A DNA stretch of 64,000 bases from Candidatus Aalborgicola lynettensis (GTDB lineage: Bacteria > Pseudomonadota > Gammaproteobacteria > Burkholderiales > Burkholderiaceae_C): contig JADJZE010000019.1 in assembly GCA_016719405.1 (NCBI GenBank), forward strand, positions 13,580 to 77,579. The letters are read 5' to 3'. Of this stretch, positions 23,430 to 33,019 are shown piece by piece (positions within the stretch are counted from its first letter, which is position 1; every line of letters begins with the position of its first letter). The position numbers and the translations under genes were made by a program. The notes beneath the pieces were generated by a model. That model did not search any database. It saw only the letters and a list, made by a program, of their open reading frames with translations, and was not told the DNA's origin.

Positions 23430-25129
23430 TCCAATCCCTCCTCAACCAGTTCGGCCGCGCGCAGCAGGGCACGGGCCTTGGCTTCGGTCTCGGCCCACTC
23501 CAGCTCGGGCACGCTGTCGGCCACCACTCCGGCTGCCGCCTGCACGTACAGGGTTTCGTTTTTGATGATGCCGGTGCGGATGGCAATGGCCACGTCCATA
23601 TCCCCGGCATAACTCAGGTAACCGCAGGCGCCACCATAAATACCCCGCTTGATAGGCTCCAACTGGTCAATCAGCTCCATGGCGTGCACCTTGGGCGCAC
23701 CGGTGAGTGTGCCAGCCGGAAAGGTGGCCTTGAGCACATCCATGCTGGTCATGCCATCGAGCAGCGTGCCCTCGACGTTGCTCACGATGTGCATGACGTG
23801 GCTGTAGCGCTCCACACAAAAGGCGTCGGATACCTTGACGCTGCCAATTTTGGCGATGCGACCAATGTCGTTGCGCGCCAGGTCGATCAGCATCACGTGC
23901 TCGGCGCGCTCCTTGGGGTCGTTGATGAGTTCGACCTCGGCGGCCTTGTCCAGCTCCGGCGTGGCGCCACGCGGGCGTGTGCCTGCAAGGGGACGAATGG
24001 TGATTTTTTTCTCCACTGCGGCATCGAGCGGCGCTGGGCCGCCCCGAGCGGCGAGAGCCCCCTCGGGGCTGAGTGCCGCCGCTGCCCCATTGCCTGCGCA
24101 GGCCGGGACGGCCTGAATCGGTGTTGACTCTGGCAACAGCGCGTCTTGCAAGGGTAGCGAACCACTCGCAGAGGGGGAGCGTGGGGGCAAAGTCTCCTGG
24201 CGGACAAGAATCTCCGGCGATGCCCCCACCACCTGGAAGTCGCCAAAATCGTAGTAATACATATACGGGCTGGGGTTCAGCGCCCGCAACGCCCGGTACA
24301 GCGACAAGGGGGATGCGGTGTAACGCTTTTTTATACGCTGGCCCACCTGCACCTGCATAAAGTCGCCACCGGCAATCAGTGCCTTGGCACGCACCACGGC
24401 GGCCAGGTAATCGGCCTTGGCAAAGTCGCGCTGCACCGGCTGGGCGGGCGAGGGATTGACCGCCGGTACCCGCACCGCCTGTGCCAGGCGGGCTTTGAGC
24501 GCGTGCAGACGCTGTGTGGCACGGGCCAGCGCGTCCGGCTGGGCCGGGTCGGCGTAGACGATCAAGTGCAATTTGCCCGACAGGTTATCAATGACCGCCA
24601 GCTCTTCACACTGCAGCAACAAAATGTCGGGGCAACCCAACTCGTCGGGCGGGCAACTGGCTTCGAGCTTTTTCTCGATGTAGCGCACCGCGTCGTAACC
24701 AAAGTAGCCGGCCAAACCGCCGCAAAAACGGGGCAAACCGGGCTGCAGCGCCACCTTGAAACGCTGCTGGTAGGCGGCGATAAAGTCCAGCGGATTGGCG
24801 TGCGAGGTTTCCACCACCACGCCATCGGTCACCACCTCGGTGCGGGCATCGGCACCAAACCCGCTGGCACGCACCAGGGTGCGGGCGGGCAAGCCGATAA
24901 AGCTGTAGCGCCCAAAGCGCTCGCCACCCACCACCGATTCAAGCAAAAAGCTGAAGGTACCCGGGTTCGGGCCGTCGCCCAAGCCACTGGCGCTCGGGTC
25001 GCTCTGACTGTGTGCCAGCTTCAGGTACAGGGACAAGGGCGTCTCCAGGTCGGCAAAGACCTGCGCCATCACGGGGATGCGGTTGTAGCCCTGCGCGTGC
25101 AGGGACTGGAATTCGGTTTCATTCATCAC
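23426..25129 (-). CDS. trpE: Anthranilate synthase component I, with a ~55-60 aa low-complexity insertion
   Basis: 567 aa containing LESV, IRPLAGTRPRG and GGAVGYL-like motifs. The extra segment TLPPRSPSASGSLPLQ...GGPAPLDAAVEKK sits between PEILVRQE and ITIRPLAGT. Confidence 0.93.
   Translation of the reverse strand: MMNETEFQSLHAQGYNRIPVMAQVFADLETPLSLYLKLAHSQSDPSASGLGDGPNPGTFSFLLESVVGGERFGRYSFIGLPARTLVRASGFGADARTEVVTDGVVVETSHANPLDFIAAYQQRFKVALQPGLPRFCGGLAGYFGYDAVRYIEKKLEASCPPDELGCPDILLLQCEELAVIDNLSGKLHLIVYADPAQPDALARATQRLHALKARLAQAVRVPAVNPSPAQPVQRDFAKADYLAAVVRAKALIAGGDFMQVQVGQRIKKRYTASPLSLYRALRALNPSPYMYYYDFGDFQVVGASPEILVRQETLPPRSPSASGSLPLQDALLPESTPIQAVPACAGNGAAAALSPEGALAARGGPAPLDAAVEKKITIRPLAGTRPRGATPELDKAAEVELINDPKERAEHVMLIDLARNDIGRIAKIGSVKVSDAFCVERYSHVMHIVSNVEGTLLDGMTSMDVLKATFPAGTLTGAPKVHAMELIDQLEPIKRGIYGGACGYLSYAGDMDVAIAIRTGIIKNETLYVQAAAGVVADSVPELEWAETEAKARALLRAAELVEEGLE
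24015..24195 (-). repeat. GC-rich in-frame insert in trpE, related at both ends to the recG/queA element (family B, long form)
   Basis: The coding strand starts GCCCCCACGCTCCCCCTCTGCGAGTGGTTCGCTACCC and ends ...CTCGGGGCGGCCCAGCGCCGC. Compare the recG unit GCCCCCACGCTCCACCGCTGCGCGGGTCGCTGCCCC ... CTTGGGGCGGCCCGGCGGGG. There is an internal 7-bp palindrome CCCCGAG/CTCGGGG. Confidence 0.5.
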
Positions 25130-25555
25130 AATGGAATGCCTTTCTATGTCGAGGCAGGGGCATTGGCATCATGCCAAACTGCCGCGCCGACACCGCAGAG
25201 GCGGTGTAAGGAAACGAGGTGTATTTTGTGGGGTTTTGCGTGCGGCACCGGCACAACCCCCGCAAGGATCAGGCCCGGCGCAGCGCGCAGCGCGAACGGC
25301 TTACGGTCAGCGTACGCCAGGGCCAGGCTCCCCGGTCGCTACAACCCGTAATAAAGATGCGGTGAATAAACATGCTGCCAGTGTAGCAAACCCACAAACC
25401 CGACCACTCCAGGGGCCTGCCGCACGCCCGTTCTCACCGCACGGGCACACGAAAGTCAGATTGGTGAAAACCCTTACATCTTACTGACAGTGTGCAGCGC
25501 AGAATACCCGAGGACAAATGTGACAGTTTTAATAACTCCAGAGGTTCAGTTCCCT

Positions 25556-26137
25556 ATGCATTTTTTCAAACCCCTGTTAACCGCCGCCATCGCCCTCGTT
25601 GTAAGCGCTGCCGCCTTGGCGGCCCCCATCGAGTTGGCCGGTGTCAAAGTGGAAGACACCGCGACCGTTTCCGGCACCAAGTTACAACTCAATGGCGCAG
25701 GCATCCGCTACAAATTTGTCAAGGTATACGTTGGCAGCCTGTACACGACGAAAAAGGTACACACACTGGATGAGTTGCTCGCCGCACCGGGCCCCAAGCG
25801 TTTGCAGATGACCTTTGTGCGCGAAATGGAGAGCTCGCCGCTGGGCAAGTTATTCACCCGGGGCGTGGAAGACAACGTCGCCAAGGCCAACCTCTCCAAA
25901 CTGATTCCCTCCATCATTCGCATGGGCGAAATTTTCTCGGCCACCAAGTCGTTTGCACCGGGTGACAGCATCATTCTGGACTGGGTTCCCGGCACGGGGC
26001 TGATCATCACGGTCAAAGGCAAACCGTGGGGCGAGCCCTTCACAGAACCCGAGTTCTTTGCCGCCATGATGGCCATCTGGTTTGGCCCCAACCCGGGCGA
26101 CTGGAAACTCAAAGACGCCATGCTGGACGCAAAGTAA
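25556..26137 (+). CDS. Chalcone isomerase-like family periplasmic protein, copy 1
   Basis: 193 aa starting at ATG 25556, with signal peptide MHFFKPLLTAAIALVVSAAALAAP. It is a paralog of the next two genes. The family name is from memory of similar bacterial annotations. Confidence 0.75.
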   Translation: MHFFKPLLTAAIALVVSAAALAAPIELAGVKVEDTATVSGTKLQLNGAGIRYKFVKVYVGSLYTTKKVHTLDELLAAPGPKRLQMTFVREMESSPLGKLFTRGVEDNVAKANLSKLIPSIIRMGEIFSATKSFAPGDSIILDWVPGTGLIITVKGKPWGEPFTEPEFFAAMMAIWFGPNPGDWKLKDAMLDAK

Positions 26138-26320
26138 TTGACGCCCTTCTGTTTTCACCCTGCGGGCCCGTTTCCCCAGCTGGCGTGTTGCGGCCAACAG
26201 CGTATCGCGGGTTCGCCCCATCCCCCGGACTGTGCGAATCAGCGGCCTCCTGCACCACACACACCGTTGTGGTGGCAGGCGGCTGCATTCCATTTTGATT
26301 TTTGAGAGGAAATACAAACC

Positions 26321-26902
26321 ATGCGTTTTATGAAACCATTACTGGGTGTCATTGTGTCCGCGCTACTTAGCGCATCGGCCATGGCAGCCACCATCGACCT
26401 GGCGGGCGTCAAGGTTGAAGACAGTGCAGTGGTTGGCGGAGCCAAACTACCCCTCAACGGCGCCGGCATTCGTGTCAAGTTCCTGAAAATTTACGTTGGT
26501 GAATTGTTTGTTGGCAAAAAGGTGCACACGCTGCAGGAATTGATTGCCGCGCCCGGCCCCAAGCGCCTGAAAATGACTTTTCTGCGCGAAGTCGATTCCA
26601 GTGCATTTGGCAAGTTGCTCACCCGTGGCGTACAGGACAACGTGGCCAAAGACCAGTACTCCCGCATGGTGCCCGGCCTGATCCGCATGGGTGAAATGTT
26701 TGGTTCCAACAAGTCACTGGGCCCCGGCGATGTGGTCACCAATGACTGGATTCCCGGCACCGGCCTGGTCGTCACCGTTAAAGGCAAAGTGCAAGGCGAA
26801 CCCATTACCGACCCGGAGTTTTTCCAGGGCCTAATGTCCATCTGGTTTGGCCCCAACCCCGGCGACTGGAAACTCAAAGACGCCATGCTGGACGTGAAGT
26901 AA
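26321..26902 (+). CDS. Chalcone isomerase-like family periplasmic protein, copy 2
   Basis: 193 aa, MRFMKPLLGVIVSALLSASAMAATIDLAGVKVED..., a paralog of copy 1. Confidence 0.8.
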   Translation: MRFMKPLLGVIVSALLSASAMAATIDLAGVKVEDSAVVGGAKLPLNGAGIRVKFLKIYVGELFVGKKVHTLQELIAAPGPKRLKMTFLREVDSSAFGKLLTRGVQDNVAKDQYSRMVPGLIRMGEMFGSNKSLGPGDVVTNDWIPGTGLVVTVKGKVQGEPITDPEFFQGLMSIWFGPNPGDWKLKDAMLDVK

Positions 26903-27085
26903 TTGACGCCCTTCTGTTTTCACCCTGCGGGCCCGTTTCCCCAGCTGGCGTGTTGCGGCCAACAGCGTATCGCGGGTTCGCCCCATCCCCCGGACTGTGC
27001 GAATCAGCGGCCTCCTGCACCACACACACCGTTGTGGTGGCAGGCGGCTGCATTCCATTTTGATTTTTGAGAGGAAATACAAACC

Positions 27086-27666
27086 ATGCGTTTTATGAAA
27101 CCATTACTGGGTGTCATTGTGTCCGCGCTACTTAGCGCATCGGCCATGGCAGCCACCATCGACCTGGCGGGCGTCAAGGTTGAAGACAGTGCAGTGGTTG
27201 GCGGAGCCAAACTACCCCTCAACGGCGCCGGCATTCGTGTCAAGTTCCTGAAAATTTACGTTGGTGAATTGTTTGTTGGCAAAAGGTGCACACGCTGCAG
27301 GAATTGATTGCCGCGCCCGGCCCCAAGCGCCTGAAAATGACTTTTCTGCGCGAAGTCGATTCCAATGCATTTGGCAAGTTGCTCACCCGTGGCGTACAGG
27401 ACAACGTGGCCAAAGACCAGTTTTCCCGCATGGTGCCCGGCCTGATCCGCATGGGTGAAATGTTTGGTTCCATCAAGTCACTGGGCCCCGGCGATGTGGT
27501 CACCGATGACTGGATTCCCGGCACCGGCCTGGTGGTCACCGTCAATGGCAAAGTTCAGGGTGAACCGATTACCGACCCGGAGTTTTTCCACGGACTGATG
27601 TCAATCTGGTTTGGCCCCAACCCCGGCGACTGGAAACTCAAAGACGCCATGCTGGACGTGAAGTAA
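27086..27666 (+). pseudogene. Chalcone isomerase-like gene, copy 3, frameshifted
   Basis: ORFs 27086..27307 and 27286..27666 together reproduce copy 2. An A4 run at 27281-27284 replaces the A5 run at 26516-26520 of copy 2, which shifts the frame by -1. Confidence 0.8.
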
Positions 27667-27706
27667 GCGCCCTCGCAACCCCTCCCACCCCCCCCTGCCC
27701 GGCAAC

Positions 27707-27727
27707 CCTGCCCGGCAGGTTTTTTTT
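27707..27727 (+). terminator. Rho-independent terminator after the CHI-like cluster
   Basis: A short hairpin CCTGC-CCG-GCAGG is followed by T8. Confidence 0.55.
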
Positions 27728-27847
27728 CGCCGCCACACACCGGCAGCGCAATGGCATTTGGCACGCGACAACGGCGCTGAAAGTCGTTACAGTGTTTAAC
27801 CGACTTTTCACCGGCGTTACTTCTTTCTGCTTGCAAAGGACATTGTC

Positions 27848-29206
27848 ATGAAATTGGGTCAAAAACTTCCCCTGGCGTTTGCACTGGCCATGGGTCTCAT
27901 GTTGGCCGGTGCACTGTTCGGCATTCTGCGGCTCGACAGCGTTATCGACGCCACCGCCAACAAAGCATCGATTGAACAGGCCGGTAGTGCCATTACCTTG
28001 TCGGTCATCGTCCTGCTGCTAGCCGCCGCCGGTGGCATGGCCGGTGCATTCTGGCTCACCCGCCAAATTGTGGTGCCGTTAAATGAGGCCGTGGCCGTGG
28101 CCAACCAAGTGGCCCACGGCAACCTGAGCGCAAAAATCAGCAGCACCGGCAGCGACGAAATTGGGCAACTGATGCGCTCGCTGCAAGAGATGCAAGCCAA
28201 TTTGGGCAAGCTGGTGTCCAACGTGCGCCAGGGCTCCGAGAGCGTGGCCACCGCCAGTGCCGAAATTGCCCAGGGCAATAACGACCTGTCCGCCCGCACC
28301 GAACAACAGGCCAGCGCCCTGGAAGAAACCGCAGCCAGCATGGAAGAGCTGAGTTCCACCGTCAAACAAAATGCCGACAGCGCCCGCCAGGCCAACCAGC
28401 TGGCCCTGAGTGCCTCCAGCGTGGCGGTGCAGGGCGGCGTGGTGGTCAACCAGGTGGTGGACACCATGAAAGGCATCAACGAGGCCAGCCGCAAGATTGC
28501 CGACATCATCGGCGTCATCGACGGCATTGCCTTCCAGACCAACATCCTGGCCCTGAACGCGGCCGTCGAAGCCGCCCGCGCGGGGGAACAGGGGCGTGGT
28601 TTTGCCGTGGTGGCCTCCGAGGTGCGCAGCCTGGCCGGTCGCTCGGCCGAAGCCGCCAAAGAAATCAAGACCCTCATCGACACCAGCGTGGAGCGGGTCT
28701 CCCATGGCAGCGCCCTGGTGGACCAGGCCGGCTCCACCATGACCGAGGTGGTCGACAGCATCAAACGCGTGACCGACATCATGGGTGAAATCAGCGCTGC
28801 CAGCAACGAGCAGTCGCAAGGTGTGGCTCAGGTGGGCGAAGCGGTCACACAAATGGACCAGACCACGCAGCAAAACGCCGCGCTGGTGGAAGAAATGGCC
28901 GCCGCTGCCAGCAGCCTGCGCGGGCAGGCGCAAGACCTGGTGAAAATCGTCTCGGCCTTCCACGTCGAAGGTGCTGCCGCCCTGGTCGCATCCAGCGCCC
29001 CGCTGGCCCAGCAGGGCCATCTGGCCGTTTCCGCACCGTCTGCACGGTCTGCCCCCCAGGCGCCACCCGCCGCCGCGCGGCGCCCCATTGCACCCGCACC
29101 ACAGGCCAAACCCGCACCGCCCAAGGCCGCAGCACTGCCCAAACCCGCACCCGCCGCCAGGCCCAAGGCGCCAGCGGCCGGCGACGACGAGTGGGAAACC
29201 TTTTAA
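27848..29206 (+). CDS. Methyl-accepting chemotaxis protein with minimal periplasmic loop (MCP1)
   Basis: 452 aa with two TM helices separated by about 25 aa, then HAMP and the MA signalling domain ([29 protein letters not shown]). It has a Pro/Ala-rich tail ending in EWETF. Confidence 0.93.
   Translation: MKLGQKLPLAFALAMGLMLAGALFGILRLDSVIDATANKASIEQAGSAITLSVIVLLLAAAGGMAGAFWLTRQIVVPLNEAVAVANQVAHGNLSAKISSTGSDEIGQLMRSLQEMQANLGKLVSNVRQGSESVATASAEIAQGNNDLSARTEQQASALEETAASMEELSSTVKQNADSARQANQLALSASSVAVQGGVVVNQVVDTMKGINEASRKIADIIGVIDGIAFQTNILALNAAVEAARAGEQGRGFAVVASEVRSLAGRSAEAAKEIKTLIDTSVERVSHGSALVDQAGSTMTEVVDSIKRVTDIMGEISAASNEQSQGVAQVGEAVTQMDQTTQQNAALVEEMAAAASSLRGQAQDLVKIVSAFHVEGAAALVASSAPLAQQGHLAVSAPSARSAPQAPPAAARRPIAPAPQAKPAPPKAAALPKPAPAARPKAPAAGDDEWETF
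28223..28942 (+). repeat. 720-bp near-identical MCP signalling-domain segment (inverted partner at 35994-36713)
   Basis: The encoded 240 aa differ from MCP2 at only 5 positions that I can see. DNA differences are scattered and mostly synonymous. Confidence 0.9.
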
Positions 29207-29257
29207 CAGCCATGCTGCGGGGCCGTGGGGCGGCTCAGCCCCCCCCCGGCAGGACTT

Positions 29258-32176
29258 TTACATTTTGCTGGCCACAGACGCCGCCCGAATCACGGCCCTG
29301 GCCTGCACCCAGGCCACCAGGTCCGGCATTTCCAGCGGTTTGCTGTACAGGTAGCCCTGCCCTTTGTCGCAGCCCAGCTGCGCCATCAACTGGGCCTGGG
29401 CGGTGGTCTCGATCCCCTCGGCCACGGTGCCCAGACCCAGCGTTTGGGCCATGCGAATGGTGGCCTCAATCAGCACCCGGTGGTAATCGCTGGTTTGTGC
29501 CTGGCTAACGAACGACCGATCGACCTTGACAAAACTCACCGGCAGTTCGTGTAAACACGACAAGGAGGAATAGCCGGTACCAAAGTCGTCCAGCGACAGG
29601 CGCACGCCCAAGGCCCGTATGCCGTGCAAGGTAGCCAGTACCACGGCGTCTTGTGCGGCCAGGCTCTCGGTGACCTCCAGCAACAGTTGCTGGGGCACAA
29701 GGCCGTTGGCGCGCATGGCGTCGCGAATTTCATCCACCAAACCCGGTTGGCGCAGCTGGGCGCGTGACAGGTTGACCGCCAGGGTGACCTCCGCCCCGCC
29801 CTCGTTCGCCACCGGCATGGCGGCAAATGCACAACACGCGGTTTGCAGCACAAACTGGCCCAACGCACCAATCAGGCCACACTCTTCGGCCACCGGAATA
29901 AACTCCACCGGCGACACCAGCCCGCGCACCGGATGGCGCCAGCGCAACAAGGCCTCCACCCCGGTAAAGGCGCCACTGCGCAGGTCCACCAAGGGCTGGT
30001 AGACCACAAACAACTCCTGATTGTGCAGGGCCTGGCGCAAATCGTTTTCCAGCGAGGCCGACGCATTGACCTGCTGGCGCATGGAGGGCTCGAACATGAC
30101 GTAACGCGCCCGCCCGGTGTGTTTGGCCTCGTACATGGCAATGTCGGCATCGCGCAGCACACTGTCGGCATCGTCGGCCGCATGGGCGCTGGTGACAATG
30201 CCGATGCTCACCGTGGAGCTGACCCGGTGCGGACCAATGGCGTAGGGCATGGCCAATACATCAAGCAGGCGCCCGGCCACCACTTCGGCATCGAGGTCAC
30301 CGCGAATGTCGTCCAGCAAAATCACAAACTCATCGCCACCAATGCGTGCGGCCACGTGCGAAAAATCGCTGCTGTGTATCAGGCTGTCGCCCGGGCGCAG
30401 GCCGTCCTGCAGGCGCTGTGCGATCTGGCGCAGCAACTCATCACCCACCGCGTGGCCCAGCGTGTCGTTGACCTGTTTGAAGCGGTCAAAGTCGAGAAAC
30501 AGCACCGCAAAGTGGTAACCCGGGTGGGCATGCCGGCGCAAAATGGCAGCCCGAATCGAGTCCAGCACCACGCTGCGGTTGGGCAGCTGGGTGAGCACGT
30601 CGGTGCGGGCCGCCATGCGCAACTGCTGCTCCATGGCTTTTTGTGCCTGCACGTCCATGGCCACACCGGCCATGTGCAGGGGGCGCCCGTCCTGCGACCA
30701 GTCCACCACCTTGCCGGCCAGCATCAGCCACACCCAGCGCCCGCTGCCGTGGCGCACCCGGATGGACATGCGGTGCGGCAACGCCGCATTGGCCAGGTGG
30801 GCATTGGCCGAATCGATCCACGCGCCCAAATCGTCGGGGTGAATGCGCTCGTTCCAGAACGCCGAGGTCATCTGCAACTCCCGCCCCTGGTAGCCCAGCA
30901 CTTCCAGCATGCGGGCATTGCATTGCAGGCGCCCGGTCTGGATGTCCCACTGCCAGGTGCCCAGGCCGGCCCCCTCGACCGCCAGCGCCAGCATTTGCTG
31001 CTGCGCACGGGCTTCGGTCAGGTCGCTGGCAATCAGCACCCAACCGGACTGCATGCCCGCATCATCCAAAATGGGCTGCAAATCCACCAACGCCCAGCGC
31101 CGGGCGTCGTTGGCGGCCAGAATTTTCACTTCCTGTTTAAGGCCCCTGCCCTGGCGCGCGGCGGCAACAAATACTGCGAAGTCCTGCGGTTCTACGCTGC
31201 TGGCTTGCAACAAGTTCGACAAGCGCCGCCCCACAGCATGTTCGGGCCCGTAGCCCATGAGCTGCACAAACGCTTCATTGACCCAGACCACCGTGCGGTT
31301 GGCATCGGCCAGCAACACCGCGTTGGAGCTGCGCTCGGCCACCAGGGCCAGCCGTTTCAGGCGCAGGGCCTGGCGCGACAGGGCCCGGTGCTGCGTGCGC
31401 ACACGCGCTGCCGTGGGCTCGACCACCGCAAACGCCAACACCAGCAACAACACCATGGCACCACCGACCTGAATGCGGATACGCCGCTGCGCCGCCTCGC
31501 TGCGCTGGTTGGCAGCCCGCTGCACTGCGTGCACCAGCGACTGGTTGGTCTGCTGGGTCACGCCCAGGTCCCGCAAAAAGGTCTGGCTCGCGTCCAGCAG
31601 GGCGGCTGTATCCTCCACGCCGCGCTGCGCCAGCACCGCCTGCGCCCGCGCCCACAAGCGCTCACGGTTTTGCTTCCAGGCGTGAACCGACTGGGCCACC
31701 GCCTCAGGGGCCTGATTTTCCATGTCCGCCTGCGCGCGCAAAAGCGCCTCCAACCGCCATGCCTTGGATTGCGCCTGCGCCAACACCTCGGCCAAGGCAC
31801 GGTACTGCTCCCCGGCATCCAGCCCCGGGGCCATGCGCGTCATGGCCAGCGTGCCCATGTGCGCCATCAGCGCGCCCTGCTCGGTTGCCACCTGGATGAT
31901 TTCGGCATCGGCCTGGCGCACAGCCTCGGCATGGTCGCTGCGCCAGGCCTGTGCCCACAGCAGCATCGCAATCACCACCAGCACCCCATACATTGCCAAA
32001 CGCACGGTGCGGTGCGGCGAACTGGCGCCCTGGACCCGGCTGGTCAGCGGCTGGAGGATGGATTTGCGCGCCGCGCGCCCCCGGTTGGCAACCCGCTGCT
32101 GGCGCTTGGGAACCGGCGCATCGGCCCCCAGCGGCTGGTACACCGAAGGTGCTTTTTCTGCGGGCTCAATCGGCAT
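29258..32176 (-). CDS. Membrane sensor PAS/PAS-GGDEF-EAL protein
   Basis: 972 aa containing GGDEF (RIGGDEFVIL) and EAL (EVTE..., DDFGTGYSSL, KVDRSF) motifs, plus an N-terminal TM-bounded domain. Confidence 0.9.
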   Translation of the reverse strand: MPIEPAEKAPSVYQPLGADAPVPKRQQRVANRGRAARKSILQPLTSRVQGASSPHRTVRLAMYGVLVVIAMLLWAQAWRSDHAEAVRQADAEIIQVATEQGALMAHMGTLAMTRMAPGLDAGEQYRALAEVLAQAQSKAWRLEALLRAQADMENQAPEAVAQSVHAWKQNRERLWARAQAVLAQRGVEDTAALLDASQTFLRDLGVTQQTNQSLVHAVQRAANQRSEAAQRRIRIQVGGAMVLLLVLAFAVVEPTAARVRTQHRALSRQALRLKRLALVAERSSNAVLLADANRTVVWVNEAFVQLMGYGPEHAVGRRLSNLLQASSVEPQDFAVFVAAARQGRGLKQEVKILAANDARRWALVDLQPILDDAGMQSGWVLIASDLTEARAQQQMLALAVEGAGLGTWQWDIQTGRLQCNARMLEVLGYQGRELQMTSAFWNERIHPDDLGAWIDSANAHLANAALPHRMSIRVRHGSGRWVWLMLAGKVVDWSQDGRPLHMAGVAMDVQAQKAMEQQLRMAARTDVLTQLPNRSVVLDSIRAAILRRHAHPGYHFAVLFLDFDRFKQVNDTLGHAVGDELLRQIAQRLQDGLRPGDSLIHSSDFSHVAARIGGDEFVILLDDIRGDLDAEVVAGRLLDVLAMPYAIGPHRVSSTVSIGIVTSAHAADDADSVLRDADIAMYEAKHTGRARYVMFEPSMRQQVNASASLENDLRQALHNQELFVVYQPLVDLRSGAFTGVEALLRWRHPVRGLVSPVEFIPVAEECGLIGALGQFVLQTACCAFAAMPVANEGGAEVTLAVNLSRAQLRQPGLVDEIRDAMRANGLVPQQLLLEVTESLAAQDAVVLATLHGIRALGVRLSLDDFGTGYSSLSCLHELPVSFVKVDRSFVSQAQTSDYHRVLIEATIRMAQTLGLGTVAEGIETTAQAQLMAQLGCDKGQGYLYSKPLEMPDLVAWVQARAVIRAASVASKM

Positions 32177-32215
32177 GGAAACGGCCGGTGAATTGGCAAT
32201 GCCCGGCGGTGGGCC

Positions 32216-32890
32216 TTAGGCCAGCGCCTTGCGCATGGCATTGACCACGCTTTCGTAATCGGGCTTGCCAAAAATGGCGCTGCCGGCCACAAAGGTGTCG
32301 GCCCCGGCATCGGCCACGCGGCGGATGTTGTCCACCTTGATGCCACCGTCCACCTCCAGGCGAATGTCTTTGCCACTGGCGGTGATGCGTTTGCGCACGT
32401 CTTCAATCTTGCGCAAGGCCGAATCAATGAAACTTTGCCCGCCAAAGCCGGGGTTGACACTCATGATGAGCACCAGGTCAATATCGTCAATCACCCAGTC
32501 CAGCACGTCCAGCGGCTCGGCCGGGTTAAAGGCCAGCCCGGCCTTGACACCTTTGGCCTTGATGGCCTGGATGCTGCGGTGTACGTGGCCCGAGGCGTCG
32601 GGGTGGAAGCTGATGAGGTCGGCGCCCGCATCGGCAAACAGGGCCGCCAGGGCATCGACCGGCGAAATCATCAGGTGCACATCAATCGGCACCGCGACAC
32701 CGGCAGCCGTTTTGGCGTGGGGCTTGAGCGCCTGGCAGACCATGGGGCCAAACGTGAGGTTGGGCACGTAGTGGTTGTCCATGACATCGAAGTGGATCCA
32801 GTCGGAACCGGCTGCAATGACGTTTTTAACTTCTTCACCCAGGCGGGCAAAGTCGGCGGAGAGGATGGAGGGGGCAATTCGGTAAGTCAT
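32216..32890 (-). CDS. rpe: Ribulose-phosphate 3-epimerase
   Basis: [21 protein letters not shown]...[14 protein letters not shown]. The start is at ATG 32890. Confidence 0.93.
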   Translation of the reverse strand: MTYRIAPSILSADFARLGEEVKNVIAAGSDWIHFDVMDNHYVPNLTFGPMVCQALKPHAKTAAGVAVPIDVHLMISPVDALAALFADAGADLISFHPDASGHVHRSIQAIKAKGVKAGLAFNPAEPLDVLDWVIDDIDLVLIMSVNPGFGGQSFIDSALRKIEDVRKRITASGKDIRLEVDGGIKVDNIRRVADAGADTFVAGSAIFGKPDYESVVNAMRKALA

Positions 32891-33019
32891 GCGCCAGTTT
32901 AATCCGTCGAACCTGTGTTGCACCGCGAAGGGCGCGCGTTAGAGAGCCTCCCCTGCGCTTTGCCACGCCGGGCGGCACACCCCGCGGCAGATTGGGGCGG
33001 AACACAGTAGCATTGCCGC

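Larger units (their letters stand above)
26138..27666 (+). repeat. Tandem direct duplication (two ~765-bp units: spacer plus CHI-like gene)
   Basis: Unit 26138-26902 is repeated at 26903-27666. By eye the first ~385 bp of each unit (183-bp spacer plus 5' part of the gene) are identical, while the 3' halves differ at scattered positions. Confidence 0.95.

Noticed and set aside
27779-27810. FliA (sigma-28) type promoter upstream of MCP1 (GAAAG..N16..ACCGACTT), and a similar TAAAGTCGG motif upstream of MCP2 (near 37560-37590, minus)
   Set aside because: The matches to TAAA-N15-GCCGATAA are partial, and the spacing is wrong for the MCP2 candidate. This is not enough evidence to annotate.
29843-32191. 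782-aa plus-strand ORF
   Set aside because: It is antisense to the PAS-GGDEF-EAL gene and has an Arg/Gly/His/Gln-rich composition typical of a wrong-strand reading of GC-rich DNA.
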